In this document: in pieces, positions 12,256 through 24,953 of the stretch
How positions within the stretch are numbered: the first letter of the stretch is position 1
Layout: every line of letters starts with the position of its first letter
Origin: Octopus bimaculoides
Lineage: Eukaryota
Direction: 5' to 3'
Assembly: GCF_001194135.2 (NCBI RefSeq)
Contig: NC_068996.1
Span: forward strand, 25,614,642 to 25,678,641
DNA length: 64,000 nucleotides
Notes under the pieces: generated by a model
What the model was told of the DNA's origin: nothing
The model's input: the letters and a program-made list of their open reading frames with translations, nothing else
Databases searched by the model: none
Translations under genes and position numbers: made by a program

Positions 12256-13717
12256 GGCGCAGGAGTAGCTGTGTGGTAAGTAGCTTGGGTAGGCTAGGGA
12301 TACCTTGGCTGAGGATGCGAAAATTCGCATTAAGGTTGAGGCACCTTTGGCTTTACCTGGATGGAGAGCAGGTGTGGTCACCGCACGTCCGGTTCTACCT
12401 TCCGCAATTAACGTCCTTAATGGACGTTGGTAATTGGATCAAGCAGAGACCTAGGCTGGGGGACTGGCAATTGGAGTGCCGACAGGCACTTCAGCTACTC
12501 TCTTGGGTGGGCAATGCTGGCAATAAGAGTTCCACCACAGATTTTTACAGCGGGTTAGTGGGATTTAGGTCCGAAGACGCCTTGGGGGAGACCCTGGGCT
12601 ATGATGAAAATCAGTTGACCAACCTGTTCAGGAGAAATTTCGGGCCGGGGTATCTGGACAATTACCAGAAATCCCTGGCATGGCAGTGCTTCCGTGCGGC
12701 ATTACCTGTTCGTGATAAACTGTCAAGGCACTGAAGTGCTGTATCGCCGACATGTCCGAGGTGTAAGCGGAACAGGGAAACCATCTTGCACGCATTCGTG
12801 GAATGTCCGGAATTAACGAGACTGATAGTTTTCACAGAACAACTGTTGTCATCGATGGAAAGAGTACAGCTTTCAGCTGAATCTATCATCAAGATTGTGC
12901 TGCCTCCTTCCCTCAACAGGGAAAGGAAGGCTTGCTTTTCCTGCGTAGTAGCCATACTGAAAGAAACAGTATGGAAGATGCGTGTAAGAGGCATAGTGAC
13001 GGATACCTTTGTATCTGGCCAGGGGTTAGTTAACTTTTTTGTTACCACCNNNNNNNNNNNNNNNNNNNNNNNNNNNNNNNNNNNNNNNNNNNTGGGAGCC
13101 AAAAACAAGGGAAAGAAAAAGCAAGGGGTCTACCCTGGTGGTCGGATGCCTATCCTTCAGGAAAGCCATTACAAATTGCATCTGTAATGAGCAATGCTTT
13201 AATCAAACATTGTAAATATAATCAAATTATTATTGTATATTTAAAATTGTAAATATTTAATCGATACAGCTACTTCACCCCTTTTATATTTGTCTGTCCT
13301 TGTTCGTCCCCTCTTTGTAATGCCTTTATGGCAAATATTTATGAAATAAAGTAGCTTGCTTACCAACCACATCATTCTGGGTTCAGTCCCACTGCATGGC
13401 ACTTTAGGCAAGTGTCTTCTACTATAGCCTCGGGCTGACCAAAGCCTTGTGAGTGGATTTGGTAGACAGAAACTGAAAGAAACCTGTCGTATACATACAT
13501 ATATGTGTGTGTGTGTGTTTGTGTGTCAGTGTTTGTCCCCCCAACATTGCTTGACAACCGATGCTGGTGTGTTTACGTCCCCATCACTTAGCGGTCCAGC
13601 AAGAGAGACCGATAGAATAAGTACTAGGCTTACAAAAAATAAGTCCTGGGGTCGATTTGCTCAACTAAAGGCAGTGCTCCTGCATGGCCGCAGTCAAATG
13701 ACTGAAACAAATAAAAG
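12256..13717 (+). mobile_element. tRNA-head SINE split by a LINE insertion
   Basis: Head GGCGCAGGAGTAGCTGTGTGGTAAGTAGCTTG (12256-12287) resumes as GTAGCTTGCTTACCAACCAC...GGTTCAGTCCC at 13351 and ends ACTGAAACAAATAAAAGA. Confidence 0.9.
12288..13348 (+). mobile_element. 5'-truncated Tx1/L1-clade LINE (ORF2 C-terminus with zf-RVT), copy 1
   Basis: SLAWQCFRAALPVRDKLSRH*SAVSPTCPRCKRNRETILHAFVECP (CCHC knuckle); GC-rich with CpG retained; TSD AAGTAGCTTG at 12278-12287 and 13349-13358. Confidence 0.85.
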
Positions 13718-13844
13718 AATCCTCATTATCGTCTTCTTCATTGTTTTTCGACCACTCTCTATCCTGGCACGGATTGGACCTGCTATACTTTGAGTCAGTA
13801 CATACAGGGGGAGCTAGTCATCTAGATGGACTGTAGGATTGTGT

Positions 13845-14117
13845 AGCTGTATGGTTGAGAAGCTTACTTCCCAACAATATGGCTTTGGGTTCAGTCCCAC
13901 TGTATGGCATCTTGGCAAGTATCTTCTACTGTAGCCCTGAGCTAACCAAAGCCTTGTGAGTGGAATTTGGTAGAGAAACCTGAAAGAAGATGGTGTATGT
14001 GTGTGTAAGTACATATATATGTATGTATACATACATACACAAATGCATGTACATATGTATGAATACATGTGTGTATGTGTGAATGTGTCTGAGTATGCAT
14101 GTGTGTATGAGTATGCA

Positions 14118-14177
<60 letters not shown>

Positions 14178-14370
14178 GTCCTTGGTGTTTGAGTTTATTC
14201 CCACTGCTTGATAACTAGTGTTGATTTGTTTACATTCCTGCAGCTTAGTATTTTGCTAAAAAGTGACTGACAGAATAAATAAAATGAGCAGTAGGGTCAA
14301 TCTGATTGACTGCAATGTGGTGCTCCAGCATGGTCACAATTCAGTACTGAAGGAAGTGAAAGAATAAGAG
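13845..14370 (+). mobile_element. Degenerate tRNA-head SINE with expanded internal (TG)n
   Basis: Same head, core and tail as 12256-13717 (GGGTTCAGTCCCACTG, AAAGCCTTGTGAGTGG, GGTGCTCCAGCATGG). Confidence 0.75.
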
Positions 14371-14941
14371 AATGGCTTTGAANNNNNNNNNNNNNNNNNN
14401 NNNNNNNNNNNNNNNNNNNNNNNNNNNNNNNNNNNNNNNNNNNNNNNNNNNNNNNNNNNNNNNNNNNNNNNNNNNNNNNNNNNNNNNNNNNNNNNNNNNN
14501 NNNNNNNNNNNNNNNNNNNNNNNNNNNNNNNNNNNNNNNNNNNNNNNNNNNNNNNNNNNNNNNNNNNNNNNNNNNNNNNNNNNNNNNNNNNNNNNNNNNN
14601 NNNNNNNNNNNNNNNNNNNNNNNNNNNNNNNNNNNNNNNNNNNNNNNNNNNNNNNNNNNNNNNNNNNNNNNNNNNNNNNNNNNNNNNNNNNNNNNNNNNN
14701 NNNNNNNNNNNNNNNNNNNNNNNNNNNNNNNNNNNNNNNNNNNNNNNNNNNNNNNNNNNNNNNNNNNNNNNNNNNNNNNNNNNNNNNNNNNNNNNNNNNN
14801 NNNNNNNNNNNNNNNNNNNNNNNNNNNNNNNNNNNNNNNNNNNNNNNNNNNNNNNNNNNNNNNNNNNNNNNNNNNNNNNNNNNNNNNNNNNNNNNNNNNN
14901 NNNNNNNNNNNNNNNNNNNNNNNNNNNNNNNNNNNNNNNNN

Positions 14942-14996
<55 letters not shown>

Positions 14997-15422
14997 GTGT
15001 GAGAGAGAGAGAGAGATTGTATTTCTCCTTGTCCTCATGGTGTGTTCACTGACTGTAAATACCAGTCTCACTGTCAATACAGACAATGTCCTTCGCTCCC
15101 ACTCAATCATGAAAGCATGTCCAGGCTTCTTGACATGGTTCCACTTGTGTAATCTTAGTAAACAAAACATTCATTCAGATGGTGTCATTTTGTTTTCAGT
15201 TCACAGCATAATTATGTCTTGACTATTCATTGTTTGATAGACTAGAAGATTACTACCTTGCTTGGAAATTGGAGAGCATTGGTGGCAAGCAGAGCATCTA
15301 GTTGTAGAAAATTTGACATAATGAATTCTGTCTCACCAATGCAAGCATGGTAAAGTAGACATTAAAATGATGATGATGAAGATGATTATCTATGTACATC
15401 TTATATTTATATATGTATGTAT

Positions 15423-15454
<32 letters not shown>

Positions 15455-15637
15455 CATCATCATCATCACATATATATATATACATATATAAATATATATA
15501 CACACTCACATATACACACACATATATGTGTGTGTGCATATGTATACAAATACATGCATCATATGTACAGACATGGCTGCATATCTATATACATACATCA
15601 TGCATGCTTACACGCCTCATACAAATCTATCTACATA

Positions 15638-16415
15638 CTTACCTACCTACCTACCTACCTACCTACCTACCTACCTACTACCTACCTACCTACCTACTAC
15701 CGACCACCTACCTACCTACCTACCTACCTACCTACCTACTACCTACTACCTACCTACCTACCTACTACCTACCTACCTACCTATTACCTACCTACCTACT
15801 TACCTACCTACCTACCTACCTACCTACCTACCTACCTACTACCTACNNNNNNNNNNNNNNNNNNNNNNNNNNNNNNNNNNNNNNNNNNNNNNNNNNNNNN
15901 NNNNNNNNNNNNNNNNNNNNNNNNNNNNNNNNNNNNNNNNNNNNNNNNNNNNNNNNNNNNNNNNNNNNNNNNNNNNNNNNNNNNNNNNNNNNNNNNNNNN
16001 NNNNNNNNNNNNNNNNNNNNNNNNNNNNNNNNNNNNNNNNNNNNNNNNNNNNNNNNNNNNNNNNNNNNNNNNNNNNNNNNNNNNNNNNNNNNNNNNNNNN
16101 NNNNNNNNNNNNNNNNNNNNNNNNNNNNNNNNNNNNNNNNNNNNNNNNNNNNNNNNNNNNNNNNNNNNNNNNNNNNNNNNNNNNNNNNNNNNNNNNNNNN
16201 NNNNNNNNNNNNNNNNNNNNNNNNNNNNNNNNNNNNNNNNNNNNNNNNNNNNNNNNNNNNNNNNNNNNNNNNNNNNNNNNNNNNNNNNNNNNNNNNNNNN
16301 NNNNNNNNNNNNNNNNNNNNNNNNNNNNNNNNNNNNNNNNNNNNNNNNNNNACCTACCTACCTACCTACCTACCTACCTACCTACCTACTACCTACTACC
16401 TACCTACCTACCTAC
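15638..16415. repeat. (CCTA)n tetranucleotide array spanning an N gap
   Basis: Direct reading. It produces the spurious LPTY-repeat ORFs. Confidence 0.95.
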
Positions 16416-17221
16416 ACACACACACATACCCCTCCACACACACATACAATTGTCATTATCATCATCGTTTAGCATCTATGTGCCATACTGGCACGAGTTG
16501 GACAGTTTGACAGGATTCGACTGGTTAGAAGACTGCATCAAGTTCCAGAATCTGTTTTGGTATACTTTCTATGGCTGGATGCTCTTCCAAACACTAGTCA
16601 CTTTACAGAGCATATGGGTGCCTTTTTGTATCGCCAATGCTAGTGAAGTCACGAAGTAGTTTGAAAGTCAGGACTCATTGATTGACAGGGTGGTCTAGTA
16701 TTGGGGAAGATGGGTTATGCCTCAATACATGTACCCCCACCCCCATATATGTAATGCCTATAAAAAGTGTGTTCAACCATTAAATTTGTTTGGGCCTCAG
16801 ACAGCCAAGGAATGTCCTATGAATATCTTACAAGTCACTCCCTAAAAAAAAAACCTCAGAGCTGCCTTGAATTTTGAAAGCCCACTTCATATTCTTCCCC
16901 TATTGCCTGGACCCAAAAGCAGTCTTGTTCCAGCTTGTAAAATTTCTCTTGGAATCTCTTCCTCACACTCAGAGAAAGGGCTAAGGTACAGAATATTAGG
17001 TTGTCTCTTATCACAGTAATCAAACTCATCAAATTCTTCTGTAAACCTTTCTACTTGGTTTCAAGGAAGTTCAGCTATGGAAAATAAAAGGAATGAAAAT
17101 AGAACTATCAAAAGGAAATGCTTGCCTGCTTTACTTTCTTATGTAAAGAATAAGACCTCTGTGTGAAAATAAGGCTTTCTAGAAATAGCACCCGAATCTC
17201 CCTCAAACTATATCCTACCAT

Positions 17222-17830
17222 CATAACCCATTTATTACCACGTTTCTGTTGAAATACACTGCCTTTGTTTCAATTAACTTTGAAAATAATTAGGAATTTA
17301 GTAAAATAACTTTGTCGTTCTTTAGCTGATGCTTGAAGCATGAATTAACATGGAAGGTTTAAATTTAGATCACTTTAAAATAGGAAGTTTGTATCATAGA
17401 ACAAGGGATGGTCTCAGGTGGGTTGATATCAAAAGATTAAAACAAATATGATGCAAAAAACTGGCAGCTACATCATATGAAAAAGTCTACCTTTATTTCA
17501 ATTAATTTTGGAAACAATGAAGGATTTAGTAAAATAACTTTGTCGTTTTTAAGCTGGTGTTTGGAACATTAATTAACATGGAATTTTGATGAGAGGTTTT
17601 AATTTAGATGACTTTAGCACTTTTATTACCATATTTCTGTCAAGATGTATAGTCTTTGTTTCGTTTTGATGATTATTTAGTAAAATGATCTTGTCATTAT
17701 TGAGCTGGTGTTTGAAACATAAAATAACATTAAAATTTTTAAGGAAGGTTTTAATTTAGATACTCAAAGACAGGAAATTTGTCTGAAAACCATGGGTGGT
17801 CTTAAATGGTTTAGTATCACTAGAGTTAAA
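17222..17830. mobile_element. Cluster of three degenerate piggyBac-like MITE copies
   Basis: Three matches to the 37212-37427 element (TTACCA..TTTCTGT, GAATTTAGTAAAATAACTTTGTC, TTTAATTTAGAT) at ~17224-17440, ~17480-17612 and ~17615-17829. Confidence 0.75.
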
Positions 17831-18699
17831 AAGGAACACTTTGGATAATGCAGTCCAGAGTATACGATTCCTGAGAAAAAAGAAAAGAAAAGAGAATGGA
17901 TGGTCAGGTCTAGAATGTCATTGATAATAAGTATGCTTGATCATAACTGATTTAGGAATAAATAGTAAGTTTTCTTAATATTTGATATTATTTTACTTGT
18001 GAAGAATTTTCTTAATTAAAAGACTAGGTGTGCATAAGAAAAAAAAAAACATGCCTTTTATAGATTTCATTCAAGCCTCAAATACATCTATCTATATAAT
18101 ATCCAAAATTAAATCGAAGACTTGGAGCCAGAAAGTGCATCTGTTTCAGTTGGTTGCTTGCCATCTACAAAGTTTAACAAAGACTACAATGATATACTGT
18201 TCCTTCATTTAGGACAATTCTACCATTATATACATAAATATTCTCGACCATTTCACAGAGAACATACTTTGGACCATAAACATGACCATAGACCTTTGAG
18301 CATGATGTCTTCTCATCTGTTTCTTCTGTCACTACTACAATGGCCTCTGGGGGTGTAGTATTGAGTGAAGTGGTTTTGTGCCTGGTGATGAGAAGTTAAA
18401 TTAGGGTAGAAGCACATAAACTGGTGTCTTGCTGAAGAAGCTGCCCATGCTGGAAAAGAGAGAAGATGGTGGCAAAGATGTGAAGATGTTCTTTTTTGTA
18501 ACTAGGCAGACTTATGATCTTAAAGTTGTGAGCTCAGTTCCCAGACTAGGAGGTATGTTGTATCCTTGGGCAAAACACTTTATTTCATATTACTCTTGTA
18601 CACTCTGGGTGGATGGATGATACACTAGGTAGAAGGATACTTACACCATCAAGATCCACTTGGTGTGTTTGCTTCTCCTTTTTATCAGCCCTGTTGTGT

Positions 18700-19240
18700 C
18701 TCACTTTCCAGACCTCATACTAACTTATGTAAGCCCTTTCACTCCCTTTTCAACATAGGCCATCGATGACCTTTCTCCAGTTCTCAACTCTGGATTGCAT
18801 TTTCTGTGTCTCTCCTGTTGGATCCCTGCTTTTTCAGTTCTTCCCCATGACCTGACCTCCAACTATTTTTAGGGCTTCCTCTCTTCTGCTTCCCATGTGG
18901 GTTCCAGGTCAGGGCTGATGTGTAATGCAGGATGAGGTTTCCTTTCAGATTTCAGCGAACCATGTCATATGTTTCCCTGAAGGAAGGCTATCCTCACTCA
19001 AGTCATGTTGGTTTTGAAATGCCTTCAATGCTTCTGTAACTTGCCTGGTTTTGCCTTATGCAAACCCATTTTTACCCTTTGGGAAGAGGTTATCCATATT
19101 AACTTGGCTTCTATCTTTTGCTCTCCTGTGTAGCATTGGCGGCCTTATCAGGAGCTTGCACCTCACTGACATAACTCTGAGGGTCACTGAGACATGCAAG
19201 CCTCTATCCCACCACAATGACAGGAACTTGTGGTGGAGAA
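18700..19240 (-). mobile_element. RTE (BovB-like) LINE ORF 3' end
   Basis: Minus strand reads TWNPHGKQKRGSPKIVGG and NAIQS*ELEKGHRW, matching the RTE C-terminal WNP.GKR.RGRP and NR..WR motifs. Confidence 0.6.
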
Positions 19241-19242
19241 TG

Positions 19243-20170
19243 GGAACCAACTATTCTGTGCATGACAATTCAGCTGACAATTCAGTGTCGACAATTCAGC
19301 ACATCATGTTTATGTGCATATGAAATTTAATTTCAGTTATTTTGTTTTAAAAATTTCTAAAATGCCTTTACAACTGTTTTTGAATGCATACAAATAAGTG
19401 GATGCTTCTTTCACCTCAGCCATGAAGGAAAATCCTGGATTTAAATCTTACTCAGCTTTATATAAGGGAGGAACATATTTGTCGCTACTATAAGATGTTA
19501 GTAGCCTTAGCTTTTGTGCAAGTTGACGATATTTGTGGAGTATTTGAATCTTTGCAAGATGTAATGCCTCGGGAATTGGAAGAATTAACAAATTATTTTG
19601 AAGATGCATGGAGTGGTTGCCCCTTCCACTGTCGTAGAAGAGATGCTGTTTTAAAAGCAGAATTCTGGAGTTTTTTGACCAGGTTTACCAAAGACCAACA
19701 ATTCATTAGAAGGGTGACACTGAAATCTTAAAGTATCATTGGGTCATAATCATCCAACCTTTTATAAGTTTATCATGTTACTCAAACTAGAGCAGGATTA
19801 TACAGAGAAAAGGATATTAAAACTCAAAGCTGGACACAAAGATGTTTCCAAACATTCAAAATATCAAAGAACTCATAAAACAATGAAAGCATTAGCTAAT
19901 GACTATAGAAGTTGAGCTGATAAATTGGAATACTTGCAAAATGTAAGTTATCAAATTGAATTTCAGAAGTAAATTGATCTTAATATTTGTATAAAGACAT
20001 TTTTTTTTTTTAGTATTTCAGGAAATTGTTTCAACTCAAGACATGTTTTCATTATTACTTTCCTGAATTGTCCTTGCGTTTGCTTCCTTGTGCTGAATTA
20101 TCTTTGAGCTGAATTGTCCTTGCACTGAACTGTCAGGTGTGGAATTGTTGGGGTGCAAGTGAAGACACCA
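19243..20170 (+). mobile_element. Internally deleted MULE (Mutator-like) element with sub-repeat TIRs
   Basis: ORF 19495-19731 (ALAFVQVDDI..F..L...MP..L..LTNYFEDAW) then, in a shifted frame, LPKTNNSLEG and HPTFYKFI.LLKLEQ. Tandem GACAATTCAG units at the left end and inverted CTGAATTGTC units at 20062-20135. Confidence 0.8.
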
Positions 20171-22182
20171 CACGAAACATTAAATGAAATTCTTCCTACC
20201 CAGAATTAATCATTGATCTCATCAGTCAGGAAGGGCAAGAAAGGTATGTGATCATTTTCCCTCCTCCATGGATTAAAGTGCACAAAAGAAAATGGTTTAG
20301 CTGTAAGAGTGGCGCAAAGAGTTTATCTACACTTGAAAGATTTCATTAATTTGATTACAGGTCTAATGAATATATCATGAAAATACTGTTTAATTGTAAT
20401 TATCATTCATATACTTATAAATTACTTCTCGATGAAAGCTTAATGTAACATCTGCTTGTGGAATTTAATTCCTTTCACAGAATTTAATAATGGAGATAAG
20501 CTAATCTTGTCTCTTTCAATCACAAAAAGCATATACACTACTCACACCAAGAATACGTCATTGGCCTATACCCCATTTAATGACAAGCTGCATGACTCTA
20601 AAGCCTCCAAATGTTGTATTACAAAGGATTTCTCCTGCCATCCTTGATGTAGTTGGGACTGCATGCCTATGACTGGCCCTTCTCTTGAGGGTCAGAAGTT
20701 ACTTCAGCACCTAACAACTATTTATTCCTTACAAAGTTCAGATGATATGAAGCCCAGAGTGGAACAGTGCAGTTGTTGACCACACACTGACATCCTAGAC
20801 TGTACCCAGAAAAAGGCCACCTTATTCAAGAAACATATCAAGTTTATTAGAAAAAGTCTTGAAGATAATGGAAGAATCAAAGAACATCCTTATGCTACTA
20901 AATCTACAATAAGTTATGCATGTTGTTAAAACTGATAGATTTGCTTAAGGTGTGCTAGTATGAATATCACAGCTGATTCTTTCCTCTCCCATTTGATGTC
21001 CTGTTTTACATTTTTTGAAATAAAAAGTATTGGGTTAAATTTTGTTATATATTTAAGTTTGCTTCTCATTCCCCCACTGGAGTTAACTTTATCATTTGTT
21101 CCTGAAGATTAAGTACCAGTCATAAGCTATAATCAATATTCACTCAAATAGCATCTGATTTTTAGAAATCTTGTGTTTCCATAATCTCTATGCATCTGAC
21201 ATTTAATTCTCAACTTAACTTTCTTCTTCAGTGTTGCTAAAATGAATACCAAAAGTATTGTTGACTAAACAGCAGGTGCAAGTTTCAGGAATACATTGCT
21301 ATTGTGTGCAAATGTATCTTCCATGCTTTCATGGGTCAGACAGAATGTGTTGAGGCAGATCTTTCTATTGTGGGATGCCCTTGCTGTTGCCAGCTTTCTA
21401 CTGTTACTAAGCTAAGTAACATTTTCCCATGGCCAGACATGTTTTTTGAAGAATTTCAGAAATGAACAATTCTACTTATATTACTTTGAAGCTTGTTTAC
21501 AACCATCACACAATGTCAAGAGAAGAAGATACAAGTATATGCATGCATGCACACACACATATACAATGGGTTTCTTTCAGTTTCTATCTACTAAATCCAC
21601 TTACAAGGCTGTTGTGGCCTGGGGCTATCATAGAAGATATTTGCCCCAAGGTCCCACACAAGAGGACTGAACTTGCTGTTCAAGTCTTATTATTATTTTC
21701 TTTGGCTCTTGTCCTAATTCAGTGTGTGTATATTTATTAATTATCATTTATAAATGTGAATATTTACCATTAAATAACCACTGGATTTAAATGTAAGTTG
21801 CTATAAGTTTCATGCTTGGATTGTACAGTAATTGGATGAGCCTGTATAGAATGTTGTATACTATCTTGCAATTATTCAGACTCAATTGTTTAATCCTGTG
21901 TTTATCAAATGATACCCATCTCTTGAGGGGTGAAGTGCCCTTTTTGTAGTTCTTACAAACAAGGTAACAGCACATCAATTTTATTACTATATATTTTTAA
22001 ATTTCTGCTAAGAGTAAAACTTGTATATGAAGAAAAAAATAAAGCATTTACTATAATTTATTAAAATACAGAAATAAGGCATTTATTTTAGCATCTTTGT
22101 CAAAGTTCCTTTGTCACACATCCTGTTACCTTGTCAATGACTCTCTAGGATGGAGAGTTGTTGGAGAGGTCAATAATAATAA

Positions 22183-23433
22183 TAATAATTAATTCGTTTT
22201 ATTGGCCACAAGGGCTAATATCAATTAAAAACATATAAGGACAAAGACAGGACGAAGGTTACAAAAGGTTTTGTCCGAAAAGGTAGGAAAGTTCGTCTAA
22301 ACAGAGGAAGAAAACAGAGAAAGATATAATAAATAAATAGATAAATAAATAAGTAGAACTCCCAAAGGGGGAGGCGCTTCGAAAAAGGAAAGGTTACACG
22401 TGGAAAAACCCATAAAACCACAGGAGCCTGGTCAGAAAAAAATAAGAAAGGAGTATAGAGCCCTTTCTCCTTTTACATTACCTTTTTTTTTCTACAGGTG
22501 TATTCTCAGAATTGGTCCGTTNNNNNNNNNNNNNNNNNNNNNNNNNNNNNNNNNNNNNNNNNNNNNNNNNNNNNNNNNNNNNNNNNNNNNNNNNNNNNNN
22601 NNNNNNNNNNNNNNNNNNNNNNNNNNNNNNNNNNNNNNNNNNNNNNNNNNNNNNNNNNNNNNNNNNNNNNNNNNNNNNNNNNNNNNNNNNNNNNNNNNNN
22701 NNNNNNNNNNNNNNNNNNNNNNNNNNNNNNNNNNNNNNNNNNNNNNNNNNNNNNNNNNNNNNNNNNNNNNNNNNNNNNNNNNNNNNNNNNNNNNNNNNNN
22801 NNNNNNNNNNNNNNNNNNNNNNNNNNNNNNNNNNNNNNNNNNNNNNNNNNNNNNNNNNNNNNNNNNNNNNNNNNNNNNNNNNNNNNNNNNNNNNNNNNNN
22901 NNNNNNNNNNNNNNNNNNNNNNNNNNNNNNNNNNNNNNNNNNNNNNNNNNNNNNNNNNNNNNNNNNNNNNNNNNNNNNNNNNNNNNNNNNNNNNNNNNNN
23001 NNNNNNNNNNNNNNNNNNNNNNNNNNNNNNNNNNNNNNNNNNNNNNNNNNNNNNNNNNNNNNNNNNNNNNNNNNNNNNNNNNNNNNNNNNNNNNNNNNNN
23101 NNNNNNNNNNNNNNNNNNNNNNNNNNNNNNNNNNNNNNNNNNNNNNNNNGCCCGGTTGACGGCACTTCCGTGTCGGTAGAGTTTATCTCGAACAGGTAGC
23201 GCACCTCGGTAGCACTGCCAGGCGAGGGACCTTTGGAAGTTATCCATGGGCCCCGGCCCGAAAGTTCTCCTGAACAGACTGTTTAGCTGATTATCCTCGA
23301 CGCCTAGAGTTTCCCCAAGAACGTCGTCGCACTTTTCTCCCACTAACCCTCTATAGAACGCTAGAGTGGAGCTACTACCGATCGCACTGCCCGCCTGGCC
23401 GAGGGTGGTGAGAGCTTGGCGGACTCGAGGTGC
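22183..23433 (-). mobile_element. 5'-truncated Tx1/L1-clade LINE, copy 2 (diverged subfamily)
   Basis: ORF 22492-23436 LGETLGVEDNQLNSLFRRTFGPG..DNFQRSLAWQCYRGALPVRDKLYRHG is homologous to copy 1. TSD CAATAATAATAA at 22171-22182 and 23434-23445. The middle is in an N gap. Confidence 0.85.
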
Positions 23434-24183
23434 CAATAATAATAAAGCTTTGATATCTTCATTTTCTTCCTTTTAATCCCCAAATGCCAAACACATGATG
23501 TAGTGCTTCTTCCACATGATACTGTGGATGATTGTCTGAGTTGCTGGTGCCTTTAGCAAGTCCTGCTTCAAGGCATCCAGCATGTGGATGATTACCTGGA
23601 AGTTTATTGCTTACCGCAAATTCTTGGAGGTGAGTTTTAAACAATTTTTTTACAGATTTCTGTCAATGGACTGCGCTCAAGGCACCATATCACCTTGAAG
23701 GATTCTAGAGGATTATCAATACCAGTACTTATTTCATTGTTTATTTTTTGGGGCTTAGGTTTATATTCATCAAACTATCAAGTTAAACATTTGCACACAC
23801 ACACACACACACACGTACACACATTAACATATTTAATGTACAAACATGCATATACAAGTGTGTGTGTATATATNNNNNNNNNNNNNNNNNNNNNNNNNNN
23901 NNNNNNNNNNNNNNNNNNNNNNNNNNNNNNNNNNNNNNNNNNNNNNNNNNNNNNNNNNNNNNNNNNNNNNNNNNNNNNNNNNNNNNNNNNNNNNNNNNNN
24001 NNNNNNNNNNNNNNNNNNNNNNNNNNNNNNNNNNNNNNNNNNNNNNNNNNNNNNNNNNNNNNNNNNNNNNNNNNNNNNNNNNNNNNNNNNNNNNNNNNNN
24101 NNNNTATATATACATATATATATAGATAGATAGATAGATGCATGTATACTTATACATATGAATGCACACATAAACAATAAACA

Positions 24184-24404
24184 GAAGGCAGTGAGTTGGC
24201 AGAAACGTTAGCATGCCGGGCAAAATGCTGTGCGGTATTTCATCTGCCACTACATTCTGAGTTTAAATTCCACTCAAGGTCGACTTTGCCCTTCATCCTT
24301 TCGGGGTCGATTAAATAAGTACCAGTTATGCACTGGGGTCGATATAATCGACTTAATCCGTTTGTCTGTCCTTGTTTGTCCCTTTGTGGGTAGTAAAGAA
24401 ATAA
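24184..24404 (+). mobile_element. tRNA-head core SINE with Tx1/L1-like 3' tail (tail type B)
   Basis: Head and core as 2798-3025. Tail TTTGTCTGTCCTTGTTTGTCCC (24361-24382) matches the LINE 3' UTR at 13289-13310. Confidence 0.85.
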
Positions 24405-24769
24405 CACATAAACAATAATCAAGCATACATATACACTTGTATTCTCTTGTGACACCCTCAGCTGTGAGTGAAAGCTTATCCACATATATATGCGCGCAGT
24501 CACCAATTCAAGTAATCACAAACTCCAAGAGCAATCTTGACTTAAAAAACAGAGCATTGCCCTTTGATAGTGACCAGCTTGAATTCTGCAAAGGAAAATA
24601 CTTAAAAAAAAATCTCTTACGAACATACACAAATGCTTGCATACATACTTATATTATGCATACATGTACATATGCACACAGGTGTGGCTATGTGGTGAGA
24701 AGTTTGCTTCCCAACCTCTTGGTACCAGGTATATGGATGAGGACACCTGCATCAAGAAATGCTGATCTC

Positions 24770-24935
24770 TAATTTTAGAGAGTATCAGTAGAAAGGGCAG
24801 ACTCAGGAAGATGTAAGGGGAAGAAATGAGAAAGGATCTTCAGATGTTGGGCCTCACAGAGGAGATGACAAGGGACCGAGACTTCTGGCAGTGTGTTGTA
24901 CTTGAGAAGACATGTCAAGCTAAGTGAAATTGTAG
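24770..24935 (+). mobile_element. RTE LINE ORF extreme C-terminus
   Basis: Reads RKGRLRK...RKDLQMLGLTEEMTRDRDFWQCVVLEKTCQAK*. Confidence 0.7.
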
Positions 24936-24953
24936 CTGTCTATGCATAAAACA

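Noticed and set aside
19262-19300. Short regularly spaced repeats as a CRISPR array (also 28660-28750, 45690-45900)
   Set aside because: Eukaryotic context, no unique spacers and no cas genes; explained by MULE TIR sub-repeats and minisatellites.
23459-23700. Short ORFs with GTGAGT (+) and GTAAGC (-) donors
   Set aside because: Candidate exons have weak acceptors or in-frame stops and no recognisable homology.
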